A stretch of 64,000 nucleotides of DNA from IMG/VR virus record IMGVR_UViG_3300035130_000101, positions 6,304 through 70,303 of that record. One strand, given 5' to 3'. The stretch comes from a virus. The position numbers and the translations under genes are program-made. This document shows positions 43,689 through 53,565 of the stretch, piece after piece. Under the pieces are notes generated by a model. The model was not told where the DNA came from. It saw only the letters and a list, made by a program, of their open reading frames with translations, and did not search any database. The first letter of the stretch is position 1. Each line of letters begins with the position of its first letter.

Positions 43689-44812
43689 AGCGCCGCCTCG
43701 TAATCAAGCCTGGCCTGTACTGTCTCTTCGCCGTTATCGTTAAGCGAAATAGTGACGGCCCGAATAATGGTATTGAATTGGCGATTGAGATACTTGGCCC
43801 CGACCTTATAGCCAAAGTCCCAATCGATGCCATAGCGAGTGCCTTCGGTATCGACCGGCGTCGCTCCAAAACGGATACGAGGCCGTCCGGCTGTCAACCT
43901 GTCCCTGGCCGCTTCCCTCACGCCATTGTCGGTCGTCTGGTTGCGAGCGTCGGCAAAACCTTCTGACCTGGCCCAGATCGAGGCGCTATACCGGTCGCTG
44001 TCATAAACCTGTTGGATAGTACGCAACTCGCCTTCGCCCTGGCCGCCGGCGTAGATGTAGTTCTCTTCATCTGTGTAATCATACTCAAGCGCCGGTTCAC
44101 GCATATTGCCGCTTTGCTGGTCGAACGTTACACGGTCGCTCACGTCCTGCCCTGGCTGCCCTGTGTAAGTCCTGAATTGGAACGTGATACTGTTAGCCGC
44201 CACCACATTCGGTACGATGTCAAAAAATACCTCTGTCCCGGCTTCCCTGGCCGCATTACCTAAAGTCGCTAAAACTCCCTGCCCGGCCGTGGTCAAGAGC
44301 TTGTCAAAAGCAAAAGCCTTCGTGATAGACGGTCCCAAGCTCAGGTCGGCGTCAATGCTGAGATTGCTCCATACTCTCGTACCAGCATCCGGCGTCGGGT
44401 CAACCCCATCGGCAATGGATTCGGTCACAACCTCTTTCATCATATCGTCGGCATTGTCGGTTTTGTCGGCTTGCGCTGCACCGGAATAGGCCGCTACAAT
44501 CCGCCGCCGTAGTAGGTCGTTGACATCCGGGCCACCAAATTCTACTATCTGGTCACTGCCGCGAGTGCTAAACTTCCAGCGTCGGACAAAATAGACGCGC
44601 CATAGGCTGAGAGCGCCGCCGGTCGGTTGCCGCCATATCTGTATCATCCGATCCGGGGCAATCAAGTCCGGGTCGAATGACAGCGGCATCTGGAGATTGC
44701 AATAGGCAATACCGTTGACGACACGGGAAGCGTCAAGAGAGATGACTTGACTAAGGGGAGCAAGGCGGAGGCCACTGTCATTTGTTAGCCAAAGTTCATA
44801 AGATGCTGTCAT
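43685..44812 (-). CDS. putative distal tail / baseplate protein
   Basis: 375 aa, downstream of the TMP and the 841-aa protein. Assigned by synteny only. Confidence 0.35.
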   Translation of the reverse strand: MTASYELWLTNDSGLRLAPLSQVISLDASRVVNGIAYCNLQMPLSFDPDLIAPDRMIQIWRQPTGGALSLWRVYFVRRWKFSTRGSDQIVEFGGPDVNDLLRRRIVAAYSGAAQADKTDNADDMMKEVVTESIADGVDPTPDAGTRVWSNLSIDADLSLGPSITKAFAFDKLLTTAGQGVLATLGNAAREAGTEVFFDIVPNVVAANSITFQFRTYTGQPGQDVSDRVTFDQQSGNMREPALEYDYTDEENYIYAGGQGEGELRTIQQVYDSDRYSASIWARSEGFADARNQTTDNGVREAARDRLTAGRPRIRFGATPVDTEGTRYGIDWDFGYKVGAKYLNRQFNTIIRAVTISLNDNGEETVQARLDYEAAL

Positions 44813-44840
44813 AAATTTTCAACTGCGATTGAAAAAATTA
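44813..44840. repeat. palindromic motif copy filling a whole intergenic gap
   Basis: aaattttcaactgcgattgaaaaaatta. Spans from the stop at 44838-44840 to the ATG at 44812. Confidence 0.65.
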
Positions 44841-47363
44841 GTATGATGAAAAGCTGTCGCGCCAGAGCATATAGGCGGTAATGGTAGGCGCACCAGCTAC
44901 ATTAACAAATGAGGTTACGTCGTTGTTATCGGGTAGAAGCGCCCACGTTCCAAAATCTGAATTTGCCAATATAGCATCTGGACGTGAACCAAAAAAGTCA
45001 GAAATAATACTTTGTTCTTTAGGTGACAAATCAATTACTAATGTTTCACCGTCAAGTAATGAGTAATTGAATAAAAGTTCTTTACCGGTACGCAAAGAAC
45101 GCAAATTATATATTGTTGCTGTAGTACCACCGGAGCGATTGAAAAAGACTTTAGGATATACTATCGTTCCGTCATTGTCTATTGATGTTAGTCCTCCAAA
45201 GTAAGCTGTTCCAGTGGTAGTATATCCAATAAACAAATCAAAAAGTTTGTTATTTGTTGGATCGCTTCGCCCGATTTGTATAGCATATACAATTGGCGAT
45301 CCCGGCAAATCTATATCTAAACTTGACCAGGTGTACCCATTCCAAAAGGCTATTCTATCCGTTGTCGTGATGCCACCAGCGGTAGTAAAAAAACCACCGG
45401 CATATAATGTTCCATCTGGACCAATGGCTAATGAATAAACAGTATTATTCATTCCAGTACTGAGGGCTGACCAAAAACTTCCATTCCACGAAGCGACGCG
45501 AATTGCAGCCCCGCCACCAGCAGTAGAAAAATCCCCCCCTGCATATAATGTTCCGTCTGGGCCAATGGCTAATGTCTGGACACTACCATCCATTCCAGTG
45601 CCGAGGGCTGACCAGGAAGAGCCATCCCACGAAGCAACGCGATTTGCAGCCCCGCCACCGGCAGTAGTGAAATTACCTCCTGCATATAATGTTCCGTCTG
45701 GGTCAATGGCTAAGTCATTGACAGTACTATTCATTCCAGTGCTGAGGGCTGACCAGGAAGAGCCATCCCACGAAGCGATATAATTTGCAGCCCCGCCACC
45801 GGCAGTAGTGAAATTACCTCCTGCATATAATGTTCCGTCTGGGCCAATGGCTAATGTCTGGACAACGTTATCCATTCCAGTGCCGAGGGCTGACCAGGAA
45901 GAGCCATCCCACGAAGCAACGCGATTTGCAGCCCCGCCACCGGCAGTAGTGAAATCCCCCCCCGCATATAATGTTCCGTCCGGGCCAATGGCTAATGCAA
46001 AGACAGCACTACTCATACCAGTGCCGAGGGCTGACCAACTTTCATCTTGTTTATGCCATCTAACTATATTGTCAGCATTGGCGATATTATCAAAATTTGT
46101 AAACTGTCCGCCTACATAGACATAGGTATCATCTTCGACGATTGCTCTAATATTTGTGTATGTACCGGCTGCATCTGGTGGTCCCAGGGGATTCCATTGT
46201 CCAGTGGAACGTAATCGGCCAGCAACATACCTAAACGTGGCGCTATCATTCGTATCCAGCACCGCCGCGCTCTCCCCCACTTCCAGCCAAAACGGGTTAG
46301 GCGCGGTCAACTGAATAGCGGCCCGCTGAGAAAACTTATTGAGTTTTAACCAGTTGCCATCGTCGATACTCCGGTCATCACAGTAGACAACCGGCATATC
46401 TCCTTCAAGCCCGCCGCCATATCTAACCGCTATCTCTTTCTGGACTTTAGCGCCGTTAAAGCGGATTCGGGTCAGTTGCAGATCGTCGGCAAAGAAGGCT
46501 TCTTCCAACTCTTGCGTCTTCTCGTGAAGCTCTGATTCTGTATCAGCAATGAACTGTCCGATTATGGTAAACTCTCTCGGCTCTATCTTTTCGTTGTTTA
46601 GCTCACCACCGGGCAGGATTGCATAGCTATCAACTCCGAGGCGACGGGGTGCACTACCGGCTCCGACTACCCGTTCGACCTGGAATTTGTACTCCTCCCA
46701 AAAGTCAACGGACTTGCCACCGGCTTTACTCAGGGCGCTGCGCTGACTTATCGAGGCGTGTTCGCTGCCAAGCCATTCGCATCCGTCCTGAGTGCCGTCG
46801 ATGTAGGTTGTCCAATATGCAAGCGGCTCGACCTGCACTCCGTCCAGATAAAACGTACCAGGTTGCGCTGCGGTAATTTCAAGCGTCGTCCGTCCGTTGG
46901 CTTGCGCTGCCGCAAAGGGCGCGCCGTACAATGACCAGCTATCATCTATCTTCTCGACGAACTTGAGCCTCTTGGTTGCGCTGCCGATAGTTACCAGGAG
47001 ATTGGTATTGCCCCGCACTCTGGCCGTGACAAAATGCTCGACATTGGTCAAGGCGGAGGTGGTCAGGCTTACGCCGTCGCCAATGGCAGGCGCGGCCACC
47101 TGGTAGGAATAGAGGCCGTATTTTTGATAAGTCGTTACTCTGGTCGTAGTAGCGCCGGAAACGTCCGAGAAATTAGCGGTCGTTTCCGCCGATGGATTCA
47201 GAACGTAATTGCTTGAGGCCACCGGCGTTATGATTCGCCATTTGTTATCCACGGTTGGTACCCCTGTCTTGAAGATTACAGGCAGGTAAATCTTCTCTTG
47301 CGCCTGGGAGTAGCCCGGCCATAAGATGATTACCAGACATATTAAAGCTAGTAGTTTTTTCAT
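44838..47363 (-). CDS. large tail-associated protein with signal-peptide-like N-terminus and six 47-aa beta-propeller-like repeats
   Basis: MKKLLALICLVIILWPGYSQAQE. Repeats SWxGSSWSALGTGMxxxVxxLAIGPDGTLYAGGxFTTAGGGAANxxA. Confidence 0.5.
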   Translation of the reverse strand: MKKLLALICLVIILWPGYSQAQEKIYLPVIFKTGVPTVDNKWRIITPVASSNYVLNPSAETTANFSDVSGATTTRVTTYQKYGLYSYQVAAPAIGDGVSLTTSALTNVEHFVTARVRGNTNLLVTIGSATKRLKFVEKIDDSWSLYGAPFAAAQANGRTTLEITAAQPGTFYLDGVQVEPLAYWTTYIDGTQDGCEWLGSEHASISQRSALSKAGGKSVDFWEEYKFQVERVVGAGSAPRRLGVDSYAILPGGELNNEKIEPREFTIIGQFIADTESELHEKTQELEEAFFADDLQLTRIRFNGAKVQKEIAVRYGGGLEGDMPVVYCDDRSIDDGNWLKLNKFSQRAAIQLTAPNPFWLEVGESAAVLDTNDSATFRYVAGRLRSTGQWNPLGPPDAAGTYTNIRAIVEDDTYVYVGGQFTNFDNIANADNIVRWHKQDESWSALGTGMSSAVFALAIGPDGTLYAGGDFTTAGGGAANRVASWDGSSWSALGTGMDNVVQTLAIGPDGTLYAGGNFTTAGGGAANYIASWDGSSWSALSTGMNSTVNDLAIDPDGTLYAGGNFTTAGGGAANRVASWDGSSWSALGTGMDGSVQTLAIGPDGTLYAGGDFSTAGGGAAIRVASWNGSFWSALSTGMNNTVYSLAIGPDGTLYAGGFFTTAGGITTTDRIAFWNGYTWSSLDIDLPGSPIVYAIQIGRSDPTNNKLFDLFIGYTTTGTAYFGGLTSIDNDGTIVYPKVFFNRSGGTTATIYNLRSLRTGKELLFNYSLLDGETLVIDLSPKEQSIISDFFGSRPDAILANSDFGTWALLPDNNDVTSFVNVAGAPTITAYMLWRDSFSSY
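45340..46050. repeat. 141-bp tandem repeats (about 5-6 units) inside 44838-47363
   Basis: gcagccccgccaccggcagtagtgaaat recurs at about 45645, 45786 and 45930, a 141-nt period. Boundaries approximate. Confidence 0.75.
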
Positions 47364-47369
47364 TTCTGA

Positions 47370-47396
47370 TTTCTTTCAATTGCAATTGATACTTTT
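47370..47396. repeat. palindromic motif copy
   Basis: tttctttcaattgcaattgatactttt, between the TMP stop and the ATG at 47363. Confidence 0.7.
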
Positions 47397-50300
47397 TCAT
47401 CCAATAAGCGCCTTTGCTACCTGATACTGCTGGATAACCGACTGCGGGGAGGCCAACGTGTTAACTGTCATATTGAACGTGTTATTTCTGTCGCCACCAC
47501 CTTTTAGCATCCCGGCTAATCGGTCCATAACCAGGCTGTCAATCGTCATCCCTCTCGGCGTGACAAGCAACTCCTCACCCGGCTCAAGGTACATCGGGCC
47601 AAACGTGTCACCCCGACCTTGCCCCGGTATTTTGTAGCCCAGGCCCAAGCCGTTTTGTAAACCGATACCCCGCATAAAGCCGATGCCTTTAGAAAAGCCG
47701 ATGCCGGTTTGTGCGCCGGATGCACTGCCAGCATCCTGCGCTGCCCGTGCCGCCTCTTTAGCAGCCTCCGCCATTTTCCTGAAAGCCTCTTCTGCGTCCA
47801 TAACGATCTCGATTAGATCATCGATAGCATCGGCAGCATCTTCCATATCGTCGACGATCTTTTCAGCCGCCCGAGATGCCGCTTCGCCTACTGCCGTGAA
47901 AGCCGAACCGAGAGCGTGAACGGCGGCAGTCAATTGATTGACCAGGGTCATAATAGCATTGATTGCGTCAGTGGCGGTTGTTTGGAGCGTCGGCAACGTT
48001 AGCACGTAAATATCGATGAGTGCAGTATCAAGCGGTATTATCCCCGTATCTTTTAACAATAGTAGTTTCTCGGATATCAGATCATATGTCAGCGTGAAGG
48101 CATCTTGCAACAGGGGCAAAGTGATCTCTACAAAATCGAGAATGGATTGCACGAAAGCCGTCCATTGCTCCTGTACCGGTAGCAGTCCAGCAGAGATAGA
48201 TTCAAACGCTGCTAACGGGTCAGCAGTGTCAAACTCTGGTCCAGTTGACTCTTCCTCTCCGCCACCGAATAAGCTACTAAAAACACCGGTGACGGCTTCG
48301 ACTGCTTTGCTTGCCAGCGAGCCTATGCCATCAATAAGACCCTGGATTAAATCAGCGCCAAAATCATAAAAAACGGTACTTGGTGAACTAATGCCAAGAG
48401 CTTCCTTAAAAGAGCTTATCAAAGCATTGGCACTTTCTGTTATAGCATTTTCCAAGTCCTGTTGAGCCTGTTTTATACCATTCTTGATACCATCTATGAT
48501 ATTTGTGCCGACTACTTTAGCTATTGTTTTCATATTTTCGCCAATGCCATTTAGGACACTGGTAAGTTCGCTTATCGTCGCCGGCTCGACTTGTATGCCT
48601 ATTTCATCGAGTAGGCCAGACACGATACCGGCGACGATTTGCGCCGCCAGTCCAACTATAGCTTGTGACACCGCCGATACTGCCGCTACCAGTCCGATTA
48701 TGATCTTGCCCAAGACCTTAGCCATCTCAGGGCCATTATCTCCAAAGTTACCAATTTGCTCGCCTAAAAATTGACCGATGGCAAAACCGGCATCTTTTAA
48801 GCCTGCTTGGGTTTCAGGTGATCCGGCCCATCTGATTATCTCCGCTACAACAACAATCAGTGCCTGAGTAGCCATATCAACGGCAGTATTAGTCCATTCC
48901 CAAAATTTAGCAGCCCAGTCTGAGTGAGCCTCGATCAACTCCGGTGCATAGTCTCTAATCTTTTGCCCGACAAACCCGGTCAACTCAGCCATCTTACCGG
49001 GACCATCAACGAGAGCGGTTACTGTCCAGTCCCAAAACTGATTGCCCCAAGTTGTTAATTGCGCCTCTATCTGAGGCCAAGCGTTATTGATAGTATCGAC
49101 GATCATTTCAATGACCGCCTGAAAATCAGTCGCCCCGCTGCGAAATGCTTCTATCCAACTGCTGACAAAAGCGATGGCGTTTTCAAGCGCAGGCACAACC
49201 TGATTATCCAGAGCATCGGTCAACGGGCCGGCAAAATCTGAGGCAAACGAGATACCCAGACTGATAAGCTGATTAACAAACGGCAATAGTCGAGTGCCAA
49301 TCGTATCGGCCAGGGCGCGCAAGGTGTTTTTGAATAGCTGTATCTGACTTTTGGTGGTAGCGTATCGCTGCGCCGCCTCGTTTGCCAGGGCCGTGTTTTC
49401 CTCAAAAGCCCCGTTAGCCGTCTGTAAGGTGCGCTCTAACAGATCACCCGCCCCGGCCAGTGACAGAAATGACCGGATTAACCGTTGATCTTCCAGGCCC
49501 AACTCGGCCAGCGTATTAACAGCATCGTCACCTTGCGCCCCCAGGCCCTCGACAAAAGCCAGAAATGCTCCGCTTGCATCTTTCTCCCAAGCGGCCTTGA
49601 AATCCTCAACGGTCATATTAGACGTGGCTGCAAATGTCGCCAGCAGGTTACTATCTATCGGTTGCCCGTGCTGCTGCCTGAGTAAATCTGTTTCCGCTTG
49701 CAATTCCTGAATAGCCTGAGCTGTCTCAAAAGCCTTTTGCCGGGTCTTGTCGCCCAACTGCCGCCCGAACTCCTCAGCCGAGCCACCGGCGGCAATGAAA
49801 GCTTGCTCTTGCGCTAATAGCTCCGCTTGCAAGCCAGGAAATTGCGCCTCTAGCCTGGCGGATTCGGCATTGAGTTTTGTCAACTTGTCAACGTTCTTAT
49901 CAATCTCATCTGTATAATCAACAAAGCCGGTAGCAGCCCCGGCCACGGCGTTATTGATTGCCAACAGAACCTTTTGTGTTGCCGTACCACCCGCTTCCGC
50001 CTCTACGCCAACCGATGACATTGCCGTACCGATGGCCAGTACATCAGCCTGGGTAAGCCCGGCTATTTTACCAGCCCCGGCTAGCCTCTCGCCAAAAGCC
50101 AAAATATCACGTTCTGTAGTAGCGAAGTTATTACCCAGGGCAACGATAGTCGAACCAAGTTGCTCGATATTCATCCCCATATCATCGGCGGAAATGTTGA
50201 AAATGTTGGAGATACGGGCCAGGCCGGTCGCAGCCTCTTCGGTCGAGAGGTTAGTTGATACACCCAGCGCGGCGACAGTTTCAGTAAATTCCAGTAGGGC

Positions 50301-50741
50301 ATCTTTGCCGATACCCAATTGACCGCCCAGCTCACCGATAGCAGCTAATTCCTCGAAGGTCAAGGGGACTGTTTTTGTCAGATCAACAAAGCCAGCGCGC
50401 AACTCCTTGCCAGCTTCGTTCAATTCACCGATACCGGAAGTCAAGCCGTCTGTTGTTTTGATGACCCCGGCAAATGCATCTTCAAACGATATGGCCGTGG
50501 TAGTCGAGACAGTAGCCAGCGCGCCCACGCCAGCGGCCAGCGCGCCCACACCGGCGACGGCTACGCCTGCGGCAAGTTTGGCGGTACTGCCTAATGCGCT
50601 GCCGAGCTTGCCGAACATTCCGCCGGCTTTGTCGGCGGACTTACCTAAGCCAAGTTGGGCTTTGTCGGCTTTGGAGAGATCGCGGAGATATGAGTTAAGG
50701 TTGCGTGCTAAAAATTCTACTCCTACTGGTGTTAATGCCAC
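47397..50741 (-). CDS. tail tape measure protein
   Basis: 1114 aa, Ala/Gly/Leu-rich and helical, with hydrophobic central segments. GTG start. Confidence 0.8.
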   Translation of the reverse strand: MALTPVGVEFLARNLNSYLRDLSKADKAQLGLGKSADKAGGMFGKLGSALGSTAKLAAGVAVAGVGALAAGVGALATVSTTTAISFEDAFAGVIKTTDGLTSGIGELNEAGKELRAGFVDLTKTVPLTFEELAAIGELGGQLGIGKDALLEFTETVAALGVSTNLSTEEAATGLARISNIFNISADDMGMNIEQLGSTIVALGNNFATTERDILAFGERLAGAGKIAGLTQADVLAIGTAMSSVGVEAEAGGTATQKVLLAINNAVAGAATGFVDYTDEIDKNVDKLTKLNAESARLEAQFPGLQAELLAQEQAFIAAGGSAEEFGRQLGDKTRQKAFETAQAIQELQAETDLLRQQHGQPIDSNLLATFAATSNMTVEDFKAAWEKDASGAFLAFVEGLGAQGDDAVNTLAELGLEDQRLIRSFLSLAGAGDLLERTLQTANGAFEENTALANEAAQRYATTKSQIQLFKNTLRALADTIGTRLLPFVNQLISLGISFASDFAGPLTDALDNQVVPALENAIAFVSSWIEAFRSGATDFQAVIEMIVDTINNAWPQIEAQLTTWGNQFWDWTVTALVDGPGKMAELTGFVGQKIRDYAPELIEAHSDWAAKFWEWTNTAVDMATQALIVVVAEIIRWAGSPETQAGLKDAGFAIGQFLGEQIGNFGDNGPEMAKVLGKIIIGLVAAVSAVSQAIVGLAAQIVAGIVSGLLDEIGIQVEPATISELTSVLNGIGENMKTIAKVVGTNIIDGIKNGIKQAQQDLENAITESANALISSFKEALGISSPSTVFYDFGADLIQGLIDGIGSLASKAVEAVTGVFSSLFGGGEEESTGPEFDTADPLAAFESISAGLLPVQEQWTAFVQSILDFVEITLPLLQDAFTLTYDLISEKLLLLKDTGIIPLDTALIDIYVLTLPTLQTTATDAINAIMTLVNQLTAAVHALGSAFTAVGEAASRAAEKIVDDMEDAADAIDDLIEIVMDAEEAFRKMAEAAKEAARAAQDAGSASGAQTGIGFSKGIGFMRGIGLQNGLGLGYKIPGQGRGDTFGPMYLEPGEELLVTPRGMTIDSLVMDRLAGMLKGGGDRNNTFNMTVNTLASPQSVIQQYQVAKALIG

Positions 50742-50770
50742 TTGACAAAATCCTTAAACTAAGATACAAT
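50742..50770 (+). promoter_or_regulatory. sigma70-type promoter of island cassette 1
   Basis: TTGACA-17 nt-TACAAT. The -35 abuts the GTG start of the TMP on the other strand. Confidence 0.65.
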
Positions 50771-50777
50771 AATTCTT

Positions 50778-50852
50778 GCCAGACAGTTGACTGAATAGAA
50801 TGGTTGATATAAAATTACAAATACTCTCCTCTGCTTTGGTCAATTGTCTGGC
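50778..50852 (+). ncRNA. 5'-terminal leader stem-loop of cassette 1
   Basis: GCCAGACAGTTGAC (50778-50791) pairs with GTCAATTGTCTGGC (50839-50852) with one G-U. It starts about 7 nt after the -10. Confidence 0.5.
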
Positions 50853-50903
50853 GACAAAGGCCATTCCAAAAGCGGAGGAGTTTTTTATTGCAAGGAGATA
50901 GCT

Positions 50904-51521
50904 ATGAGCAATATCGTTAAAGCAAAGGTCAAGGTAAGGGGCACTCGCCCATTTTGGCAACATCGTTTTGGCCCGGAAGCATTGCCACTCGAAAAGAAGG
51001 AAAAGACGGGCGTCGCCGGCAACAACCCCGAAGAATGGAGACAGACGGCAATGGTCAATAAAGACGGACAGCTTTTCTTTGAAGGTACTTACATTTTTGG
51101 TTCGCTGCGTGAGGCTGCAAAGTACACGAAGCGAGGCCGGGCATCCCTGCAAAAGCCGGTTGCCGCTACGCTTCAAATCTTGGAAGATAGAATCCTGCTT
51201 GATCGCTTTTTCCCCGGCTTTCCCAACGGTCACAAATTCGACATCGCTACCGTTGAAGAGCTGCCACGCGACCAGGAAGAATTGGTCTATTTGGACGTGA
51301 GAGGCGTCGTGAATCCATCGACGCGAGGCCGGAACGTGCGCTATCGGGTCGCTGCTTCTCCTGGTTGGCAAACCGAGTTTACCATTATGTTTGATAAGAC
51401 CATTGTCAGCCGGAATGAAATGGAAGCTATCTTGATTGACGCCGGGCGACTGGTTGGCATCGGCAATGGTCGGACTATCGGAATGGGCCGGTTTGAGGTT
51501 GAACAGTTCGAGTGCGAGTGA
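50904..51521 (+). CDS. island paralog A: uncharacterised roughly 205-aa protein with RAMP-like C-terminal glycine-rich loop
   Basis: AAGGAG SD. ...AGRLVGIGNGRTIGMGRFEVEQFE fits GhGxxxxxGhG. Clearly homologous to 53825-54403. Confidence 0.6.
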   Translation: MSNIVKAKVKVRGTRPFWQHRFGPEALPLEKKEKTGVAGNNPEEWRQTAMVNKDGQLFFEGTYIFGSLREAAKYTKRGRASLQKPVAATLQILEDRILLDRFFPGFPNGHKFDIATVEELPRDQEELVYLDVRGVVNPSTRGRNVRYRVAASPGWQTEFTIMFDKTIVSRNEMEAILIDAGRLVGIGNGRTIGMGRFEVEQFECE

Positions 51522-51783
51522 TATTACGGGGTCCGGTACAGTAGGGCGCAGCGGGGTAAGGTGTGGTAGAGTTTGGTACAGCGAGTTACGGTCCAGCTTG
51601 GCAAGCCATAGCAAGGAAAACAAATCTAATTTACGCGATATAGTATAACGCGGTCGAGTCGGGTTTTGTCCGGCAAGGATATGTCGAGTCAGGTTAGGCT
51701 GAGTCGGGTTAGGTCTCGTAAAGCGATGCAAGAAAAACAAACTAAACCACCACGAGGCGTAGTAGGGAACGGTAAGGTGGGGT
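51522..51783 (+). other. C-poor GT-rich degenerate-repeat tract 1 (non-coding)
   Basis: Stops in all plus-strand frames. GGTAAGG x2, GGTTAGG x2, GTCGAGTC(G/A)GGTT x3, GCAAGG(A) repeats. Confidence 0.6.
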
Positions 51784-52137
51784 ATGGCTCGCTTGTGTTC
51801 GGTCGAGTTAAGCAAAGCAAGGGATTTAATGCCAAAATCAAGACAGCCACAAGCAATATGGCAAGCCACCCGCCAAAGAGTTTGGCTTAGGGACAAGGGC
51901 CGTTGCCAGGGACCATACTGCAAAGATAAGCCTGAATGGTCCCTATCTCTGAAAGAGTGCCATATTGACCATATTCGCTCTGGCAAGTTGGCTACAAACA
52001 AATCGAGTAACCTCCGTGTTTTATGCCGTCGCTGCCATACCCTTAGAGCCGACAACAGGCATCGGGGTATGATAGCTTCTGCCCTACGTGCTAACATAAT
52101 TCCTGCCAATTGGCGTGAATTAGTCTGGGATGACTGA
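51784..52137 (+). CDS. small HNH endonuclease (island copy 1)
   Basis: RDKGRCQGPYC...CHIDHIRSG...NLRVLCRRCH. Start uncertain (ATG at 51784 or about 51829). Confidence 0.6.
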   Translation: MARLCSVELSKARDLMPKSRQPQAIWQATRQRVWLRDKGRCQGPYCKDKPEWSLSLKECHIDHIRSGKLATNKSSNLRVLCRRCHTLRADNRHRGMIASALRANIIPANWRELVWDD

Positions 52138-52221
52138 CCCGGCTTGGCGCAGCAGAGCAAGGATCAGCACCGACCGGCGTGGTGGGGTGTGGTAGAGTGC
52201 AGTTTAGTATCGCAAGGATAA
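52138..52221 (+). other. GT-rich tract 1b downstream of HNH-1
   Basis: Shares GGCGCAGC and the 13-mer GGTGTGGTAGAGT (52186-52198) with tract 1 (51560-51572). Confidence 0.55.
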
Positions 52222-52244
52222 GGGCCAGCAATGGCCCTTTTTTC
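52222..52244 (+). terminator. terminator of island cassette 1
   Basis: GGGCC-agcaat-GGCCC followed by TTTTTT. Confidence 0.65.
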
Positions 52245-52358
52245 TTTTGTGCGCCGGTCGGTGTCAGCGGCATTTTTTACCTTTTCTCTTCGCAAAAACA
52301 ACATTTTGCGAAGTAAAATATCCAACCTTAAAAGTGTGCAAATTGGTATTGAGGACTA

Positions 52359-52387
52359 TTGACAAGTGAACACTTATCTGCTATAAT
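52359..52387 (+). promoter_or_regulatory. sigma70-type promoter (consensus)
   Basis: GGACTATTGACA-17 nt-TATAAT. Confidence 0.75.
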
Positions 52388-52420
52388 AAGTACATCAAAC
52401 AGTAAGAAAGGATTAAGAAA

Positions 52421-52639
52421 ATGACTAAGCAGTTCAGATTTGTAGGTTTTTCTCATAAAACTTGGGAACCCGGTTGTCGAAATCTTGGTATGGTGTGGGC
52501 TTCTTCCATCGATGAAGCTCGGCAAGCCTTCAAAGAGAACGGCTTAGCTCCTCCGGTTATAAAACGAAAATTAGGCGACGCTTCTTATCGTCTAGTGGAT
52601 GATAACGGTAATGTCACTAAAGAAATGATTTTTCGCTAA
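52421..52639 (+). CDS. hypothetical small protein
   Basis: 72 aa. Consensus promoter at 52359-52387. Confidence 0.5.
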   Translation: MTKQFRFVGFSHKTWEPGCRNLGMVWASSIDEARQAFKENGLAPPVIKRKLGDASYRLVDDNGNVTKEMIFR

Positions 52640-52690
52640 CCACCCACCCGCCCCGCCGGTGGCCTCGTAACCGGCAGAAAGGTACTTAAG

Positions 52691-52894
52691 ATGAAAGATA
52701 TGGCATATTTTGTTAATCTGGTAGATGAGGCCAAGAAAACCAGAGATAATATTGGCGAGATGTTCAATGAAGCCTACTATGCCAAGCAAGATACTACTCG
52801 TTTACAACGGTTATTTGATAAAGCTACCGACCGCATCTTGCGCCGGATGGGTTATGTCTGGTTATTAGACCAGGCGAAAAATTTCAAAGAGTAA
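52691..52894 (+). CDS. hypothetical small protein
   Basis: 67-aa ORF. Confidence 0.45.
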   Translation: MKDMAYFVNLVDEAKKTRDNIGEMFNEAYYAKQDTTRLQRLFDKATDRILRRMGYVWLLDQAKNFKE

Positions 52895-52939
52895 CCACTT
52901 AATGGCCCGCCCGGGGCCTATCCGGGCAAAGGTGCTAAA

Positions 52940-53101
52940 ATGTTTTTGTCGCAGTCAGATTTTTCTCACTTGTTCAATGTTCTCAGGTCGGTTTATCCCA
53001 GTGACCTATACTCTGACAATGATTTGCTCGACTTCCTGGCTACACTAGACCACGTTCCAGATAATGATGAATTGTTAGACTTGTTCGAGGAGGCAATGTA
53101 A
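52940..53101 (+). CDS. hypothetical acidic small protein (unlisted 53-aa ORF)
   Basis: Manual translation MFLSQSDFSHLFNVLRSVYPSDLYSDNDLLDFLATLDHVPDNDELLDLFEEAM. TAATG overlap with the next gene. Confidence 0.4.
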   Translation: MFLSQSDFSHLFNVLRSVYPSDLYSDNDLLDFLATLDHVPDNDELLDLFEEAM

Positions 53102-53301
53102 TGTCATCTTCTCTCAAATCCCAACACCGCATCCAGCTTGACCCCGGCAACTTCGCCCGGCTGCAAGACATCGCCAAGCGGCTTGGCTACGTTCACCGGG
53201 CCGGGCCAGGAGCCGGTAAGGTCGGGTCGGTAAGCACGTTGATGGACGCAATCGCAAACCAAGAATCCGTAGTATCGTTAGCCAAAGAAAGGAATGAATG
53301 A
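53101..53301 (+). CDS. hypothetical small protein, possibly RHH-like
   Basis: HRIQLDPGNFARLQDIAKRLG. Confidence 0.4.
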   Translation: MSSSLKSQHRIQLDPGNFARLQDIAKRLGYVHRAGPGAGKVGSVSTLMDAIANQESVVSLAKERNE

Positions 53302-53558
53302 TGACCGATTATCAGATGATAAAGGAATACCTTGCAAGGCAAGTCAAGGAATGCGAACAGGCCATTATTAAATTTACAAATCGAGCAAACTTTGACGCAG
53401 GATTGGTGGCCGAGTTTCAAAGCTATGAACCCGATGTAGCTCTTATTTATGCTCAATGGCATCGCTTTCATCGAGATAAAGTCATCTATTTTCAAAAAAC
53501 GCTGGCGGTATTTCAAGATCGTTATTATGACTTTACCAAGTTTGACCCTAACCCTTAA
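53298..53558 (+). CDS. hypothetical small protein
   Basis: 86 aa, followed by terminator 53566-53588. Confidence 0.45.
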   Translation: MMTDYQMIKEYLARQVKECEQAIIKFTNRANFDAGLVAEFQSYEPDVALIYAQWHRFHRDKVIYFQKTLAVFQDRYYDFTKFDPNP

Positions 53559-53565
53559 CCACCTC

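Noticed and set aside
50754-52160. 468-aa minus-strand ORF spanning cassette 1
   Set aside because: It lies antisense to a plus-strand gene that has an SD, a promoter and a paralog. Its translation is low-complexity and Pro/Thr/Leu-rich, produced by the C/A-rich complement of the GT-rich tract.
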